Assembly: GCA_964501105.1 (NCBI GenBank)
Contig: CAZCRG010000001.1
Location: 1 to 60,397 of the forward strand
DNA length: 60,397 nt
DNA from: Candidatus Hydrothermarchaeota archaeon
GTDB taxonomy: Archaea > Hydrothermarchaeota > Hydrothermarchaeia > Hydrothermarchaeales > BMS3B
Direction: 5' to 3'
The position numbers were made by a program, and so were the translations under genes. Shown piece after piece: positions 26,904 to 35,760 of this stretch. The notes below the pieces were generated by a model. It saw nothing but the letters and a program-made list of their open reading frames with translations. It was not told where the DNA came from and did not search any database. The first letter of the stretch is position 1. Each line of letters opens with the position of its first letter.

Positions 26904-27587
26904 ATGGAGGTATTCGAAGTGAATGCGGTAAGTTTTATAGGTGGCTTTCTCCCCTATGTAGCTTTTGTTGTCTTTTCTCTTGGAATACTCTACAGAGTTT
27001 ATAGATGGGTTTCTTCACCCCAACCAACACCCTGGCCTCTGTACCCCCTGAGGAGCAGGTTATCTGCCATGGCTGAGGTTCTGATTATGAAACCTCACTT
27101 TAAAAGTGATAAGTCTCTTTGGGCTGTGGCCATAGTATTTCACCTGGCCTTTCTTGTGAGTTCTCTTCTTCACCTTAAAGATTTCACAGCAGGCGAGGTG
27201 GCTGCCTTTGAGGGCACAGCCTTTTACCTGGGAATTTTCGCTGGCGTTGGAGCAGTGGTTACCACAATCCTCTTCTGGCTGAGGAGGTTCACAATCCCCA
27301 GAGTCAGAGTAGTAACTATGTTTGAAGACCACTTCGCCCTTGCTCTTCTTCTGGCAACTCTAATGCTGGGCACCTATCTGAGAGTCACCCATGCTGTTGA
27401 GCCGCAGGAAGTGCAGAGCTACATTTACAGCCTTGCCGCTCTGAAGCCAGCCAATATACCTTCCAACCCTGTTTTTCTTGCTCACCTTTTCCTGGCTGAG
27501 ATATATCTCATGTACTTCCCCTTCTCAAAGCCCATGCATGCCTTCTCTTCTATGATAAATAGCTTTATTACTACTGAGGTGAGGTAA
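26904..27587 (+). CDS. NarI/DsrM/HdrE-like membrane di-heme cytochrome b subunit
   Basis: 227 aa with 5 TM helices and conserved His in the helices (VFHLAF, LLHLKDF, LAHLF). Its stop abuts the start of the DsrK/HdrD-like gene (TAAATG). Confidence 0.7.
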   Translation: MEVFEVNAVSFIGGFLPYVAFVVFSLGILYRVYRWVSSPQPTPWPLYPLRSRLSAMAEVLIMKPHFKSDKSLWAVAIVFHLAFLVSSLLHLKDFTAGEVAAFEGTAFYLGIFAGVGAVVTTILFWLRRFTIPRVRVVTMFEDHFALALLLATLMLGTYLRVTHAVEPQEVQSYIYSLAALKPANIPSNPVFLAHLFLAEIYLMYFPFSKPMHAFSSMINSFITTEVR

Positions 27588-28904
27588 ATGGATGCTTACA
27601 GAGCTATAAAAGCAGAGGTTGATTACTCAGCCCTCGCAAAAGAAGTTGACAGCGCTGTGGCAGGAATTAAAGCACCAAGGCTTCTTTTAACCAGTCTGGA
27701 AACCTGCTCAAAATGTGGAGCCTGTGCTGAGCAGTGCCATGTTTACCTGGGCTCTGGAAAAAAGGAGATTTACAACCCTGCCTACAGAGCCAACCTTCTG
27801 AGGAAGCTCTACAAGAGGCACCACAGCATTACAGGGAAGCTAATGAAAGCACTGAATATGAGCAATGGTATAAATGCAGAGTACATTGAGAAGCTTGTGG
27901 AGAGTAGCTACAGGTGCACCCTCTGCAGGCGCTGCTCAAGTTTCTGCACCTTCAAAATAGACAACACTCTAATAACCAGAACAGCCAGAGCCCTGGTCTC
28001 AAAGCACGGTATAGCGCCGAGAAATCTAAAGGTCAGTGTTGAAGCTCATCTCAATACAGGCAATGTCTCAAAGATGCCAAAGGCAGCTTTCATCAACACC
28101 ATTGAGTTTCTTGAGGAAGAGCTGAAAGAGGAGACTGGTGAAGACATAAAGATACCCATAGACAAGAAGAAAGCTGATGTGTTCTTCCTGGCTCCAGTGG
28201 TCGACTTTATATCCCATGCCGAGAATATCATGAATATTGCCAAGCTCTTTCACTATGCTGGCGTTGACTGGACAATAAGCAGCGAGTACTACGATGCCGT
28301 TAACTTTGGAGCCTTTTTCAACGATGAAGCTCTCAAGCTAATAATCAAGATGATGGTCTCAAAGGTTAAGGCCCTCCAACCCAGGAATCTCGTTATAGGG
28401 GAGTGCGGCCATGCTACAAGAGTGGCCAAGTTCTTCGCCGGACCTCTCTCTGGCGAAACCCTCCCCTTCAGAGTGAAAAGTATTATGGAAGTCCTCGACG
28501 AACTCCTGAAGCAGGAAAAGCTCGCCCTCGACCCCAATAAGAACAAGCAGAAGGTAACCTATCACGACCCCTGCAATCTGGCAAGGATGAGTGGAGTAAT
28601 AGAGGAGCCCAGAAATATTCTCAAAGCCAGTGTGAAGCACTTTGTTGAAATGACACCCAGAGGCGAGGAGAACTTCTGCTGCGGCGGCGGCGGTGGCGTT
28701 GTTGTGATAGATGAGCTGGAAGACTTCAGAAATGAAGTCTCAGGCAGGGTTAAGGCTCAGCAGATTCGTGATACCAAGGCAGAGATAGTAGCTACTGCCT
28801 GCGCCAACTGCAAGAAGCAGCTTCATGGAATAAGTGAACACTACAAACTTGGCGTAGAGGTTCTCGGCGTCAGCGACCTTGCAGCCCAGGCGCTGATAAA
28901 ATAA
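27588..28904 (+). CDS. DsrK/HdrD-like Fe-S oxidoreductase with CCG domains
   Basis: Two ferredoxin motifs (CSKCGACAEQC, CTLCRRCSSFC) and two CCG-type Cys clusters (ECGHATR/DPCNLAR and NFCCGGGGG/CANCK). Confidence 0.85.
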   Translation: MDAYRAIKAEVDYSALAKEVDSAVAGIKAPRLLLTSLETCSKCGACAEQCHVYLGSGKKEIYNPAYRANLLRKLYKRHHSITGKLMKALNMSNGINAEYIEKLVESSYRCTLCRRCSSFCTFKIDNTLITRTARALVSKHGIAPRNLKVSVEAHLNTGNVSKMPKAAFINTIEFLEEELKEETGEDIKIPIDKKKADVFFLAPVVDFISHAENIMNIAKLFHYAGVDWTISSEYYDAVNFGAFFNDEALKLIIKMMVSKVKALQPRNLVIGECGHATRVAKFFAGPLSGETLPFRVKSIMEVLDELLKQEKLALDPNKNKQKVTYHDPCNLARMSGVIEEPRNILKASVKHFVEMTPRGEENFCCGGGGGVVVIDELEDFRNEVSGRVKAQQIRDTKAEIVATACANCKKQLHGISEHYKLGVEVLGVSDLAAQALIK

Positions 28905-28921
28905 CTTCTGTCTTACCACCG

Positions 28922-28953
28922 GGGAGCTACGCTCCCATCACCTCCCTTTTTTT
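28922..28953 (+). terminator. Hairpin plus T7 tract downstream of the DsrK-like gene
   Basis: GGGAGC-TAC-GCTCCC at 28922-28936, followed by TTTTTTT at 28947-28953. Oligo-T is the archaeal termination signal. Confidence 0.35.
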
Positions 28954-28999
28954 ATGTAATTCTTTTTATAACATCAACGTTAAAATTCTTATTTTCAAC

Positions 29000-29590
29000 A
29001 TGCTCAAGTATATTCTTCTACCTCTTGTGGGTGCTTTCATAGGCTACACCACAAATTTAATAGCTGTGAAAATGCTCTTCAGGCCCAGAAAGAAGATTAA
29101 TATTCTGGGGATAAAAATCCAGGGGCTCCTTCCAAAGAGAAAAGAAGAGCTTGCTTTAGCTATTGGAGAGGTGGTAGAGAAAGAGCTTTTGAACTCTGGC
29201 GACGTGAGCAGTGTCTTCAAAGGCAGGAATATAGAAAGGAAGATTGCTGAGGTGGTGGAAAATTCCTTTTCAAATCTCCGACTCAATATAAATTTACCTC
29301 TCTTTGGAGATATTTCCTTCTTACTCAGGGATAAACTCAGAGAATTTCTTAAAGAGTTCCTGCTCACCAACAGCCACATAATCTCGAGAGAGCTCAGCAG
29401 TATGGTGGATGAGAACCTCAAGATAAAGGAGCTGGTTACAGAGAAGATAATAAATCTAAACCTTGACAAACTGGAAAAAATTATTCTCAAGGTGGCTGGT
29501 AAAGAGCTGAAATATATAACCTACTTTGGCGGTGTCTTAGGATTTATTATTGGAGTTTTTCAGGCAATTTTTCTCTTTTTTATATCCTGA
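29000..29590 (+). CDS. DUF445-family membrane protein
   Basis: GYTTNLIAVKMLFRP is the hallmark N-terminus of DUF445. A C-terminal TM helix is present. Confidence 0.65.
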   Translation: MLKYILLPLVGAFIGYTTNLIAVKMLFRPRKKINILGIKIQGLLPKRKEELALAIGEVVEKELLNSGDVSSVFKGRNIERKIAEVVENSFSNLRLNINLPLFGDISFLLRDKLREFLKEFLLTNSHIISRELSSMVDENLKIKELVTEKIINLNLDKLEKIILKVAGKELKYITYFGGVLGFIIGVFQAIFLFFIS

Positions 29591-30051
29591 ACAGCCATAA
29601 TTCGCCCACTGCTTTCCCAGAGCTGGGGGTTGACATAGATCTTCTTGTCCAGCCTCAGAGCAATAATAATTGCATCACTTGGTCTTGAATCAAGCTTGAG
29701 ATTCCCCTCAAAATGCAGAGTGGCATAGTAGATGTCAGCCTCAAGCCTGTCTATTGTAACATAGGCAAGTTTAATACCTTTAGCCAGAGAAAGCTGGATT
29801 AAAAGCTGGGCAGCATCAGGTCTTTCGGGCTCCTTTCCATTAAGAGCCAATATTATCCTCTCTCCCTGCTCTCTGGAGGTGACCATTGTTAGAGTTTTCC
29901 CAGTTTCAGAGCCCACAAGGGTAATAAAAGCTGCTTCCTGCCCTATCTGAAGATCCCCCACCTCAGCAGCTTCATAGCCTTCAGGCTCGTCCATTGAGAC
30001 GCAGGCTGAGAAAAGAAGTAAAGGAATTAAAATTTTATACCAGCTTTCCAC
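29560..30051 (-). CDS. Bifunctional-nuclease (BFN/DUF151) domain protein with a lipoprotein-like signal
   Basis: The DSRPSDAIIIALR motif of the BFN domain is present. The longest ORF runs to 30156, but I prefer the GTG at 30051, which gives (M)ESWYKILIPLLLFSAC, a lipobox-like signal. Either start overlaps the dcd 3' end. Confidence 0.6.
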   Translation of the reverse strand: MESWYKILIPLLLFSACVSMDEPEGYEAAEVGDLQIGQEAAFITLVGSETGKTLTMVTSREQGERIILALNGKEPERPDAAQLLIQLSLAKGIKLAYVTIDRLEADIYYATLHFEGNLKLDSRPSDAIIIALRLDKKIYVNPQLWESSGRIMAVQDIKKRKIA

Positions 30052-30523
30052 CCTGATACTTCCCCCTGTAACCCCTTGCTCTCCCATCAACCTTTGAAAA
30101 AACAATCTGAGCAATCCTTGCACCCCTTTCGAGGGTGAATTTTTTCCTTGTTTCATTGACTATGCCTATGGTGAGCTTTCCTCTGTAGCCAGGGTCCACA
30201 ACTGCTGTCCTCAAGGTGACGCCGCTCCTGAAGAGAGTTGAGCGCTGGAAGATGAAGGCCACTAAATCTTCAGGCATATTCACCTCCTCTGCTGTGAGGC
30301 AAAGGTAGTACTCACCAGCCTCAAGGGTGAAAACCTCTCCCTCAATCTCCTCCACCTCTGGAAGTCTTCTCTCCTTTACTCCAAGATAAGCCTCAGAGGA
30401 GATTTTGTAAAGCTTATCTATGCGAAGGTCAACACCAGCCCCCTGCACATTCTCCTCCTGAGCGTTTATTAGTAGCTTCTCCTGCTCTATCCTTCTCAGA
30501 ATCTCACTGTGCCCCAGGTACAT
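30035..30523 (-). CDS. dcd: dCTP deaminase / dUTPase-family protein
   Basis: GAGVDLRI and VDPGYRGKLTIGIVN trimeric dUTPase-fold motifs. 162 aa. Confidence 0.8.
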   Translation of the reverse strand: MYLGHSEILRRIEQEKLLINAQEENVQGAGVDLRIDKLYKISSEAYLGVKERRLPEVEEIEGEVFTLEAGEYYLCLTAEEVNMPEDLVAFIFQRSTLFRSGVTLRTAVVDPGYRGKLTIGIVNETRKKFTLERGARIAQIVFSKVDGRARGYRGKYQGGKLV

Positions 30524-30867
30524 AGTTTTAATTTCTCCAGAAGTAAGATAAACTTTTGGAAAAATTAACTGTAATCAAATGCAAAGCTGGTGATGAAATT
30601 ATTGTGGCAGGAAGTGGTAATTATTACCCATAAATAGAAAGGCCGTAATTATTGACAAAGACTCTATTAAACCAGTGTATTCAAGGAACGTGCCGGGTAA
30701 TTCTACACCTGAAGGATTTAAAGTGAAAGGGATGCCCTTCGGTGAATTTATCGCAGTTTCCTTGTAGGATGACGGGGAATGAAGGGTAGAGGATTGTGTA
30801 GATTTCTGGCTTTGCTGGAATTTCAGAGTTGCTGGAGTTTCTACAACCCTCTCCCTGAAATTTTGTA

Positions 30868-30951
30868 CGTCGGGGGTGGGATTCGAACCCACGAGGGCAT
30901 AAGCCCATCAGCTTAGCAGGCTGACGCCATACCGGGCTTGGCTACCCCGAC
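30868..30951 (-). tRNA. tRNA-Ser (anticodon GCU)
   Basis: The minus strand reads GTCGGGG-TA-GCCAAGCCCGGTATGGC-G-TCAGC-CTGCTAA-GCTGA-[15-nt variable arm]-GTGGGTTCGAATCCCAC-CCCCGAC-G. The cloverleaf is complete with a long variable arm, and no CCA is encoded. Confidence 0.9.
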
Positions 30952-31034
30952 AGGACTATAATAAGCTCATGAAAATTATCATTGGACAAGTTTTCAGAAA
31001 GGTATAAAAGGGTAGCAGTAAAAACTTTATTCAG

Positions 31035-34000
31035 ATGGTTTACATCTCCAGAATAAGCCTGAGGAACTTCAAGTCCTTCAGGAGGGCCAGCCTTCCAATA
31101 CCCAGGGGCTTTACCTGTATAGTCGGCCCCAACGGCTCTGGGAAGAGCAACATAGTTGATGCTATCTGCTTTGTTCTGGGAAGAAGCAGTGCCAAAAGCC
31201 TTCGAGCAGAGCGCTTCTCTGATTTAATTTTCAATGGCGGCAAAAAGGGAACACCTGCCAAGGAAGCTGAGGTTTCCATCTATTTTGACAACTCTGCAAG
31301 GGAACTTCCCTTAAACACAAGAGAGGTGAAAATCTCCAGGAGGGTGGATGCCAGCGGGAGCAGTGTATATCTCCTTAACGACAAGAGAACAACAAGAAAT
31401 GAGATTCTTGATATCCTCAGTATGGTTAATATTAATCCAGATGGCCACAATATTGTGCTTCAGGGAGATATTACAAGAATAATAGAGATGAACCCCATTG
31501 AAAGGCGTAAGATAATAGATGAAATAGCTGGAATTGCTGAATACGACGAGAGAAAAAATAAGGCACTCAGGGAACTGGAAAAGGTTCAGGACAACCTTTC
31601 AAGAGCGAAGGATGTTTTTAAAGAGATCTCCTACCAGCTCAGAAAGCTTGAAAAGGAAAAGCAGGATGCCCAGCGTTATGAGTATCTCACCAGGGAAATC
31701 AAGAGAAATAAGGCTATAGTACTCCAGTCTAAGTATTTAGAAGCTAAAGAGGACCTTGAGGAGCTTGAAAAGAATATTAAAAAATCTGAGAAAAAAATTG
31801 AAAAATTTTCTAAACATATTGAGATTCTTTCCTTAAAAAATAAAATAAAAAAGGAGCAGATTGAGAAAATCAACAGAGAAATTGTTGTAAGGGAAGAAAC
31901 TGAGCACATTGAGATTTTTAAAAAGGTTGAGAGTTTAAGAGGTCAGTTTAATCTATTGAAACATGATGTCGAAACTCTGAAGGCCGAGATTGAATCAAAA
32001 GCTTCAAGGCTCAAGGCTATAGATGAGGAGAGCTCAAAGCTACTTGAAGAGAAGAGTAAAAATGAGGAAGAAATAGAAAAGCTGAAGAGGAAAAGAACTG
32101 AAATCTCCTCGAGAGTTTCTTCTCTCAGGAAAGAGATAAGAAGTGATTACACAAGGCTCACTGAAGCTGATGAAAAAACAAGGGACAGAAGACTTGCTCT
32201 GGCTGAGGTATCAAAGAAACTGGAGGAGAAGAACTCCAGCTTTAATGAGCTTCACAGAGAGCTGGCTCTACTGAGAGATAAGGCTGAGGCAAAAGAGAAA
32301 GCTTCTGAAGAGCTCAGCAATGAAATTGAGGATAGAAAAAGGAAGCTTGCTAATGAGAGGGAGAGTTTGAGGATTCTTCAGGAGAATATTAAAAAAGCTG
32401 AAGATAGAGTTTCAGAACTCCATGCAAGAGGGCAGATTTCAAAAGACAGAGTTAAAACCCTTAAAGAGAAGCTTTTAAATATATCATCAAAGCTGGATTT
32501 TTATATTAAGGAGTACGCAAAGCTGGAGGCTGAGTACAGGGCTATTGAAAGAATTAAGAAGGGGAAGGGAAGCTTAAACAGGGCTGTGGCTGAGATTTTG
32601 AGGCTAAGGGACGAGAATATAATCTCTGGCATTTATGGCACTATAGCAGAGCTGGGAAAAGTTGAGAAGCGATATTCTAAGGCTCTGGAGGTGGCAGCAG
32701 GAGGTGGAATGCTCAATATTGTTGTGGAGAGCGACGAAGTGGCAAAGCGCTGTATTGAACACCTGAAAAAGAATAAAATAGGCAGGGCAACCTTCCTGCC
32801 TCTTAATAAGCTGAGAGGTGTGAAGAAAAGGCCAGAGGCAGAGTTTGTGGCGAGAGAAGGTATAGGCTTTGCCATAGACTTAGTACGCTTCAACAGGAAG
32901 TTCAAAAAGGCCTTTGAGCAGGTTTTCAAAAGTACTGTTGTGGTGGATGATATAGACTTTGCAAGGCAGTATATTGGCGAGGCGAGAATGGTTACTCTTG
33001 ATGGCGACCTGGTTGAAGAGAGCGGTAGGATGACAGGAGGTTACTACTATCCCTCAAGTGCTGCAAGTTTTGAGACTGTGGATGAGGAAAAGGAGAAGAT
33101 TGAGAGACTTGCATCTCAGATTAAGTCTTTAACTCATGAAAAAGAGAAACTCGAGAAAGAGCTTGAAAGAGCCAGGGAGGAGCTTGAAAGGCTGGAAGCT
33201 GAGGAGAGGAGTCTTGAGTCCGAAGTGGAGATTGGCAGGGAGAAGATAAAAGTAAAGAAAAAGGAGATTGAGGAGATTGAGACAACTCTTGCAAAAAGGG
33301 AGGCAGAACTTGTAGAGTTAAAAAAGGAGATTTTAGAGATAACAGGCAGGATAAAAGAGATTGAGCCTGAGTGGGAAAAACTCAGGAATGAAATGGAAAC
33401 GCTTCAGCAGGAGAAGGCAAAGCTGGAGGAAGAGCTTTCTTCCAGTGGAGTTGAGAGCTTTCTGGAGGAGATTAAGAAAAAGGAGGAAGAGCTCAGGAAG
33501 CTTGAAAGGGAAGCTGAAGCTGCAGGCTCAAAAATTGAAGTGATTGAAGCCAAGAATAAGGAGATTGTACAGAAGAGAGTCAGAGAGCTTGCTCTGGAGA
33601 AGGAGTCTCTTAAAGCTGAGGTTGTTGAGGGCGAGGCTGAACTGGAGAAAAGGAGTAAAGAGCTTATAGAGCTTGAGTCGAGGCTCAGGGAGGAGGAGAA
33701 CAGGGAGAGGATAATAAAGAGGGAAATTGAGAGGCTGAAAAAGAGGCGGGATTTTCTATCAAAAGGTATAAATTTGATAACAAAAAAGATTGAGGAGCTT
33801 CGGGAGAACAGGGATAAAACTCTCAGAAAGGTGGAGAAGTTCAGAATTGAAAAGGCCAGAGTGGAGGTAAATCTTGAGAACCTCATCTTATCCCTGAAGG
33901 AGTTCTCTGAGCTTGAGATTGAGCTTATTGCTCCAATAGAGACAGAAGAGATTGAAAAAGAGATAGCCAGGATGGAGGCTGAGAAGAAATCACTGGAACC

Positions 34001-34589
34001 TATAAATATGCGCGCTATAGAAGATTATGAAGTAGTGAAGGAGAAGTACGACAGGTTTGATATAAGAATAGAGAGGCTTGAAAGGGAGAAAAAAGCTATA
34101 GAGGAGCTAATGGATGAGATAGAGCACAGAAAGAAGGCAGTATTTATGGTAGTATTTGAAAATGTAGCAAAGAACTTCAGAAGTATCTTCAGGAGGCTCT
34201 CAGGCGGTGAGGCAGAGCTTTTACTTGATGAGGAGAGACCTCTCGAAGGAGGTCTGAGAATTCAAGCCAAGCCCCCTGGCAAGAACCCCCAGTATATTGA
34301 GCTCCTCTCAGGCGGCGAGAGAACTCTAACTGCCCTTTCCTTTATCTTTGCAATTCAGCGCTACCAGCCTGCACCCTTCTATGTGCTGGACGAGATAGAT
34401 ATGTTTCTCGACGACCACAATGTGAAGAAAATTTCAGAGCTTATAAAAGAGGCTTCAAAGGAGGCCCAGTTTATAGTGGTCTCTCTAAGGGACAATATGA
34501 TGCTCAATGCCGACCAGCTCTTTGGAGTTAGTAATGAGGCTGGAGTATCCAAGATATTAGGAGTGGAGCTGGAAGATGTTGGAGTATGA
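31035..34589 (+). CDS. smc: Chromosome segregation protein SMC
   Basis: Walker A GPNGSGKSN, long coiled coils, a hinge region, signature LSGGERTL and Walker B FYVLDEIDMFLD. Confidence 0.95.
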   Translation: MVYISRISLRNFKSFRRASLPIPRGFTCIVGPNGSGKSNIVDAICFVLGRSSAKSLRAERFSDLIFNGGKKGTPAKEAEVSIYFDNSARELPLNTREVKISRRVDASGSSVYLLNDKRTTRNEILDILSMVNINPDGHNIVLQGDITRIIEMNPIERRKIIDEIAGIAEYDERKNKALRELEKVQDNLSRAKDVFKEISYQLRKLEKEKQDAQRYEYLTREIKRNKAIVLQSKYLEAKEDLEELEKNIKKSEKKIEKFSKHIEILSLKNKIKKEQIEKINREIVVREETEHIEIFKKVESLRGQFNLLKHDVETLKAEIESKASRLKAIDEESSKLLEEKSKNEEEIEKLKRKRTEISSRVSSLRKEIRSDYTRLTEADEKTRDRRLALAEVSKKLEEKNSSFNELHRELALLRDKAEAKEKASEELSNEIEDRKRKLANERESLRILQENIKKAEDRVSELHARGQISKDRVKTLKEKLLNISSKLDFYIKEYAKLEAEYRAIERIKKGKGSLNRAVAEILRLRDENIISGIYGTIAELGKVEKRYSKALEVAAGGGMLNIVVESDEVAKRCIEHLKKNKIGRATFLPLNKLRGVKKRPEAEFVAREGIGFAIDLVRFNRKFKKAFEQVFKSTVVVDDIDFARQYIGEARMVTLDGDLVEESGRMTGGYYYPSSAASFETVDEEKEKIERLASQIKSLTHEKEKLEKELERAREELERLEAEERSLESEVEIGREKIKVKKKEIEEIETTLAKREAELVELKKEILEITGRIKEIEPEWEKLRNEMETLQQEKAKLEEELSSSGVESFLEEIKKKEEELRKLEREAEAAGSKIEVIEAKNKEIVQKRVRELALEKESLKAEVVEGEAELEKRSKELIELESRLREEENRERIIKREIERLKKRRDFLSKGINLITKKIEELRENRDKTLRKVEKFRIEKARVEVNLENLILSLKEFSELEIELIAPIETEEIEKEIARMEAEKKSLEPINMRAIEDYEVVKEKYDRFDIRIERLEREKKAIEELMDEIEHRKKAVFMVVFENVAKNFRSIFRRLSGGEAELLLDEERPLEGGLRIQAKPPGKNPQYIELLSGGERTLTALSFIFAIQRYQPAPFYVLDEIDMFLDDHNVKKISELIKEASKEAQFIVVSLRDNMMLNADQLFGVSNEAGVSKILGVELEDVGV

Positions 34590-35253
34590 GTTTTATCCTG
34601 AGCTTCATCCTGTGGATATGCTCGTTGATCTTGTTATCTCGGAGGAGGTTGACCCCTGGGATATTGACCTGGAGGAAATCACAAGGAAGTTTATTGAGAA
34701 TGTAAGGCAGATGGTGAAGCTCAACCTCAGGCTCTCTGGAAGAACACTTCTTGCCGCTTCTGTACTTCTCAGAATAAAGTCAGAAAGGCTTCTTGAGCCA
34801 GCTACGAGGGAGGAAGAGTTTTTTGAGGCTGTAGAGGATTCTTACGAGGAGCCAAGCTATGTTGAAGTACCGCCCATAAGGGAGCCTCTGAGGAGAAGGG
34901 AGGAGAGAAAAACAAGCCTCTTTGAGCTGGTTGAGGCTCTCCAGCAGGCACTGCAGGAGGAGCTAGTAAAGAAGAACTTTCCCAGAAAGAGGAGAAGGAA
35001 GCCCAAGCTTGTTATTGAGGTGGACGAGGAGAGCATAAAGGAGAAGATCGAGAAGGTTTACCTGAAGGTTAAGAACCTCGGGAGCTATGAGCGCATAATA
35101 CGCTTCAGGGAGCTTGTTGAGAATGAGAGCAAGCTTGAAATAATTGAGACTTTGCTCTCTCTGCTCTACCTGGACTATGAAGGTAAGCTCAGGGTGTGGC
35201 AGGAGGAGATTTTTGGGGAGATATTTATCTCTCTCTTTCAGGATGGAAGTTGA
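34576..35253 (+). CDS. scpA: Segregation and condensation protein A (kleisin)
   Basis: The DPWDIDL...AASVLLRIKSERLL pattern is typical of ScpA. The start overlaps the smc 3' end by 14 nt. Confidence 0.8.
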   Translation: MLEYEFYPELHPVDMLVDLVISEEVDPWDIDLEEITRKFIENVRQMVKLNLRLSGRTLLAASVLLRIKSERLLEPATREEEFFEAVEDSYEEPSYVEVPPIREPLRRREERKTSLFELVEALQQALQEELVKKNFPRKRRRKPKLVIEVDEESIKEKIEKVYLKVKNLGSYERIIRFRELVENESKLEIIETLLSLLYLDYEGKLRVWQEEIFGEIFISLFQDGS

Positions 35254-35271
35254 TGGGATTAACTCTTTGCC

Positions 35272-35760
35272 ATGTTAATAATTTCCCAGCCTCCCATGAG
35301 CAGTAGAGCATTTTCTGCCAGCGACAGAAAGTTACTTCAGGACTACAGAGAATTTACTTTAAAGATAAAGGGGCTTCTCAGTGAAGTAGGTAGAACCCTT
35401 AACAGAAATTTTAGATTTATCTCCAGCTCAGAAGTAGCTTCTGGAGATGGATATTTCTATATCAGCCTCCTTTCAGGTGATATTGATATAAGCCCCGGGG
35501 TTAAGGTTGGTGAAGAGTATATTATAAAGCCTGTGCTCTGGCTCTCAGCAAATGCACAGGGTGAGCTTGAAAGTCTTGGCTATTATCAGGATGAGGAATT
35601 TCCGGAATACTATATCAAGGAGCTTGAGCTCTCCAACAGCTTCTTTGATAAGAGCTTTGAAGAGCAGCTTAAGGAAGTGGAGGAGCTTTACCTCAGCGAA
35701 ATTAGAAGGCTGAAGCTTCTTGGAGTAATAAGCGAGTTTTCACCTACCTTTATGGGGTAG
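35272..35760 (+). CDS. Hypothetical protein in the position where scpB is often found
   Basis: 162-aa ORF with no ScpB-like winged-helix pattern that I can recognise. Confidence 0.4.
   Translation: MLIISQPPMSSRAFSASDRKLLQDYREFTLKIKGLLSEVGRTLNRNFRFISSSEVASGDGYFYISLLSGDIDISPGVKVGEEYIIKPVLWLSANAQGELESLGYYQDEEFPEYYIKELELSNSFFDKSFEEQLKEVEELYLSEIRRLKLLGVISEFSPTFMG

Noticed and set aside
30599-30908. Two overlapping minus-strand ORFs (97 and 75 aa)
   Set aside because: Both extend into the tRNA-Ser gene (30868-30951). Neither has a ribosome-binding site or a family resemblance.
33404-33886. 160-aa Ser/Leu-rich minus-strand ORF, with similar antisense ORFs at 31676-31909 and 32633-32929
   Set aside because: These are antisense to the Glu/Lys-rich coiled-coil region of smc. 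Their low-complexity composition is the mirror image of GAG/AAG-rich coding sequence.
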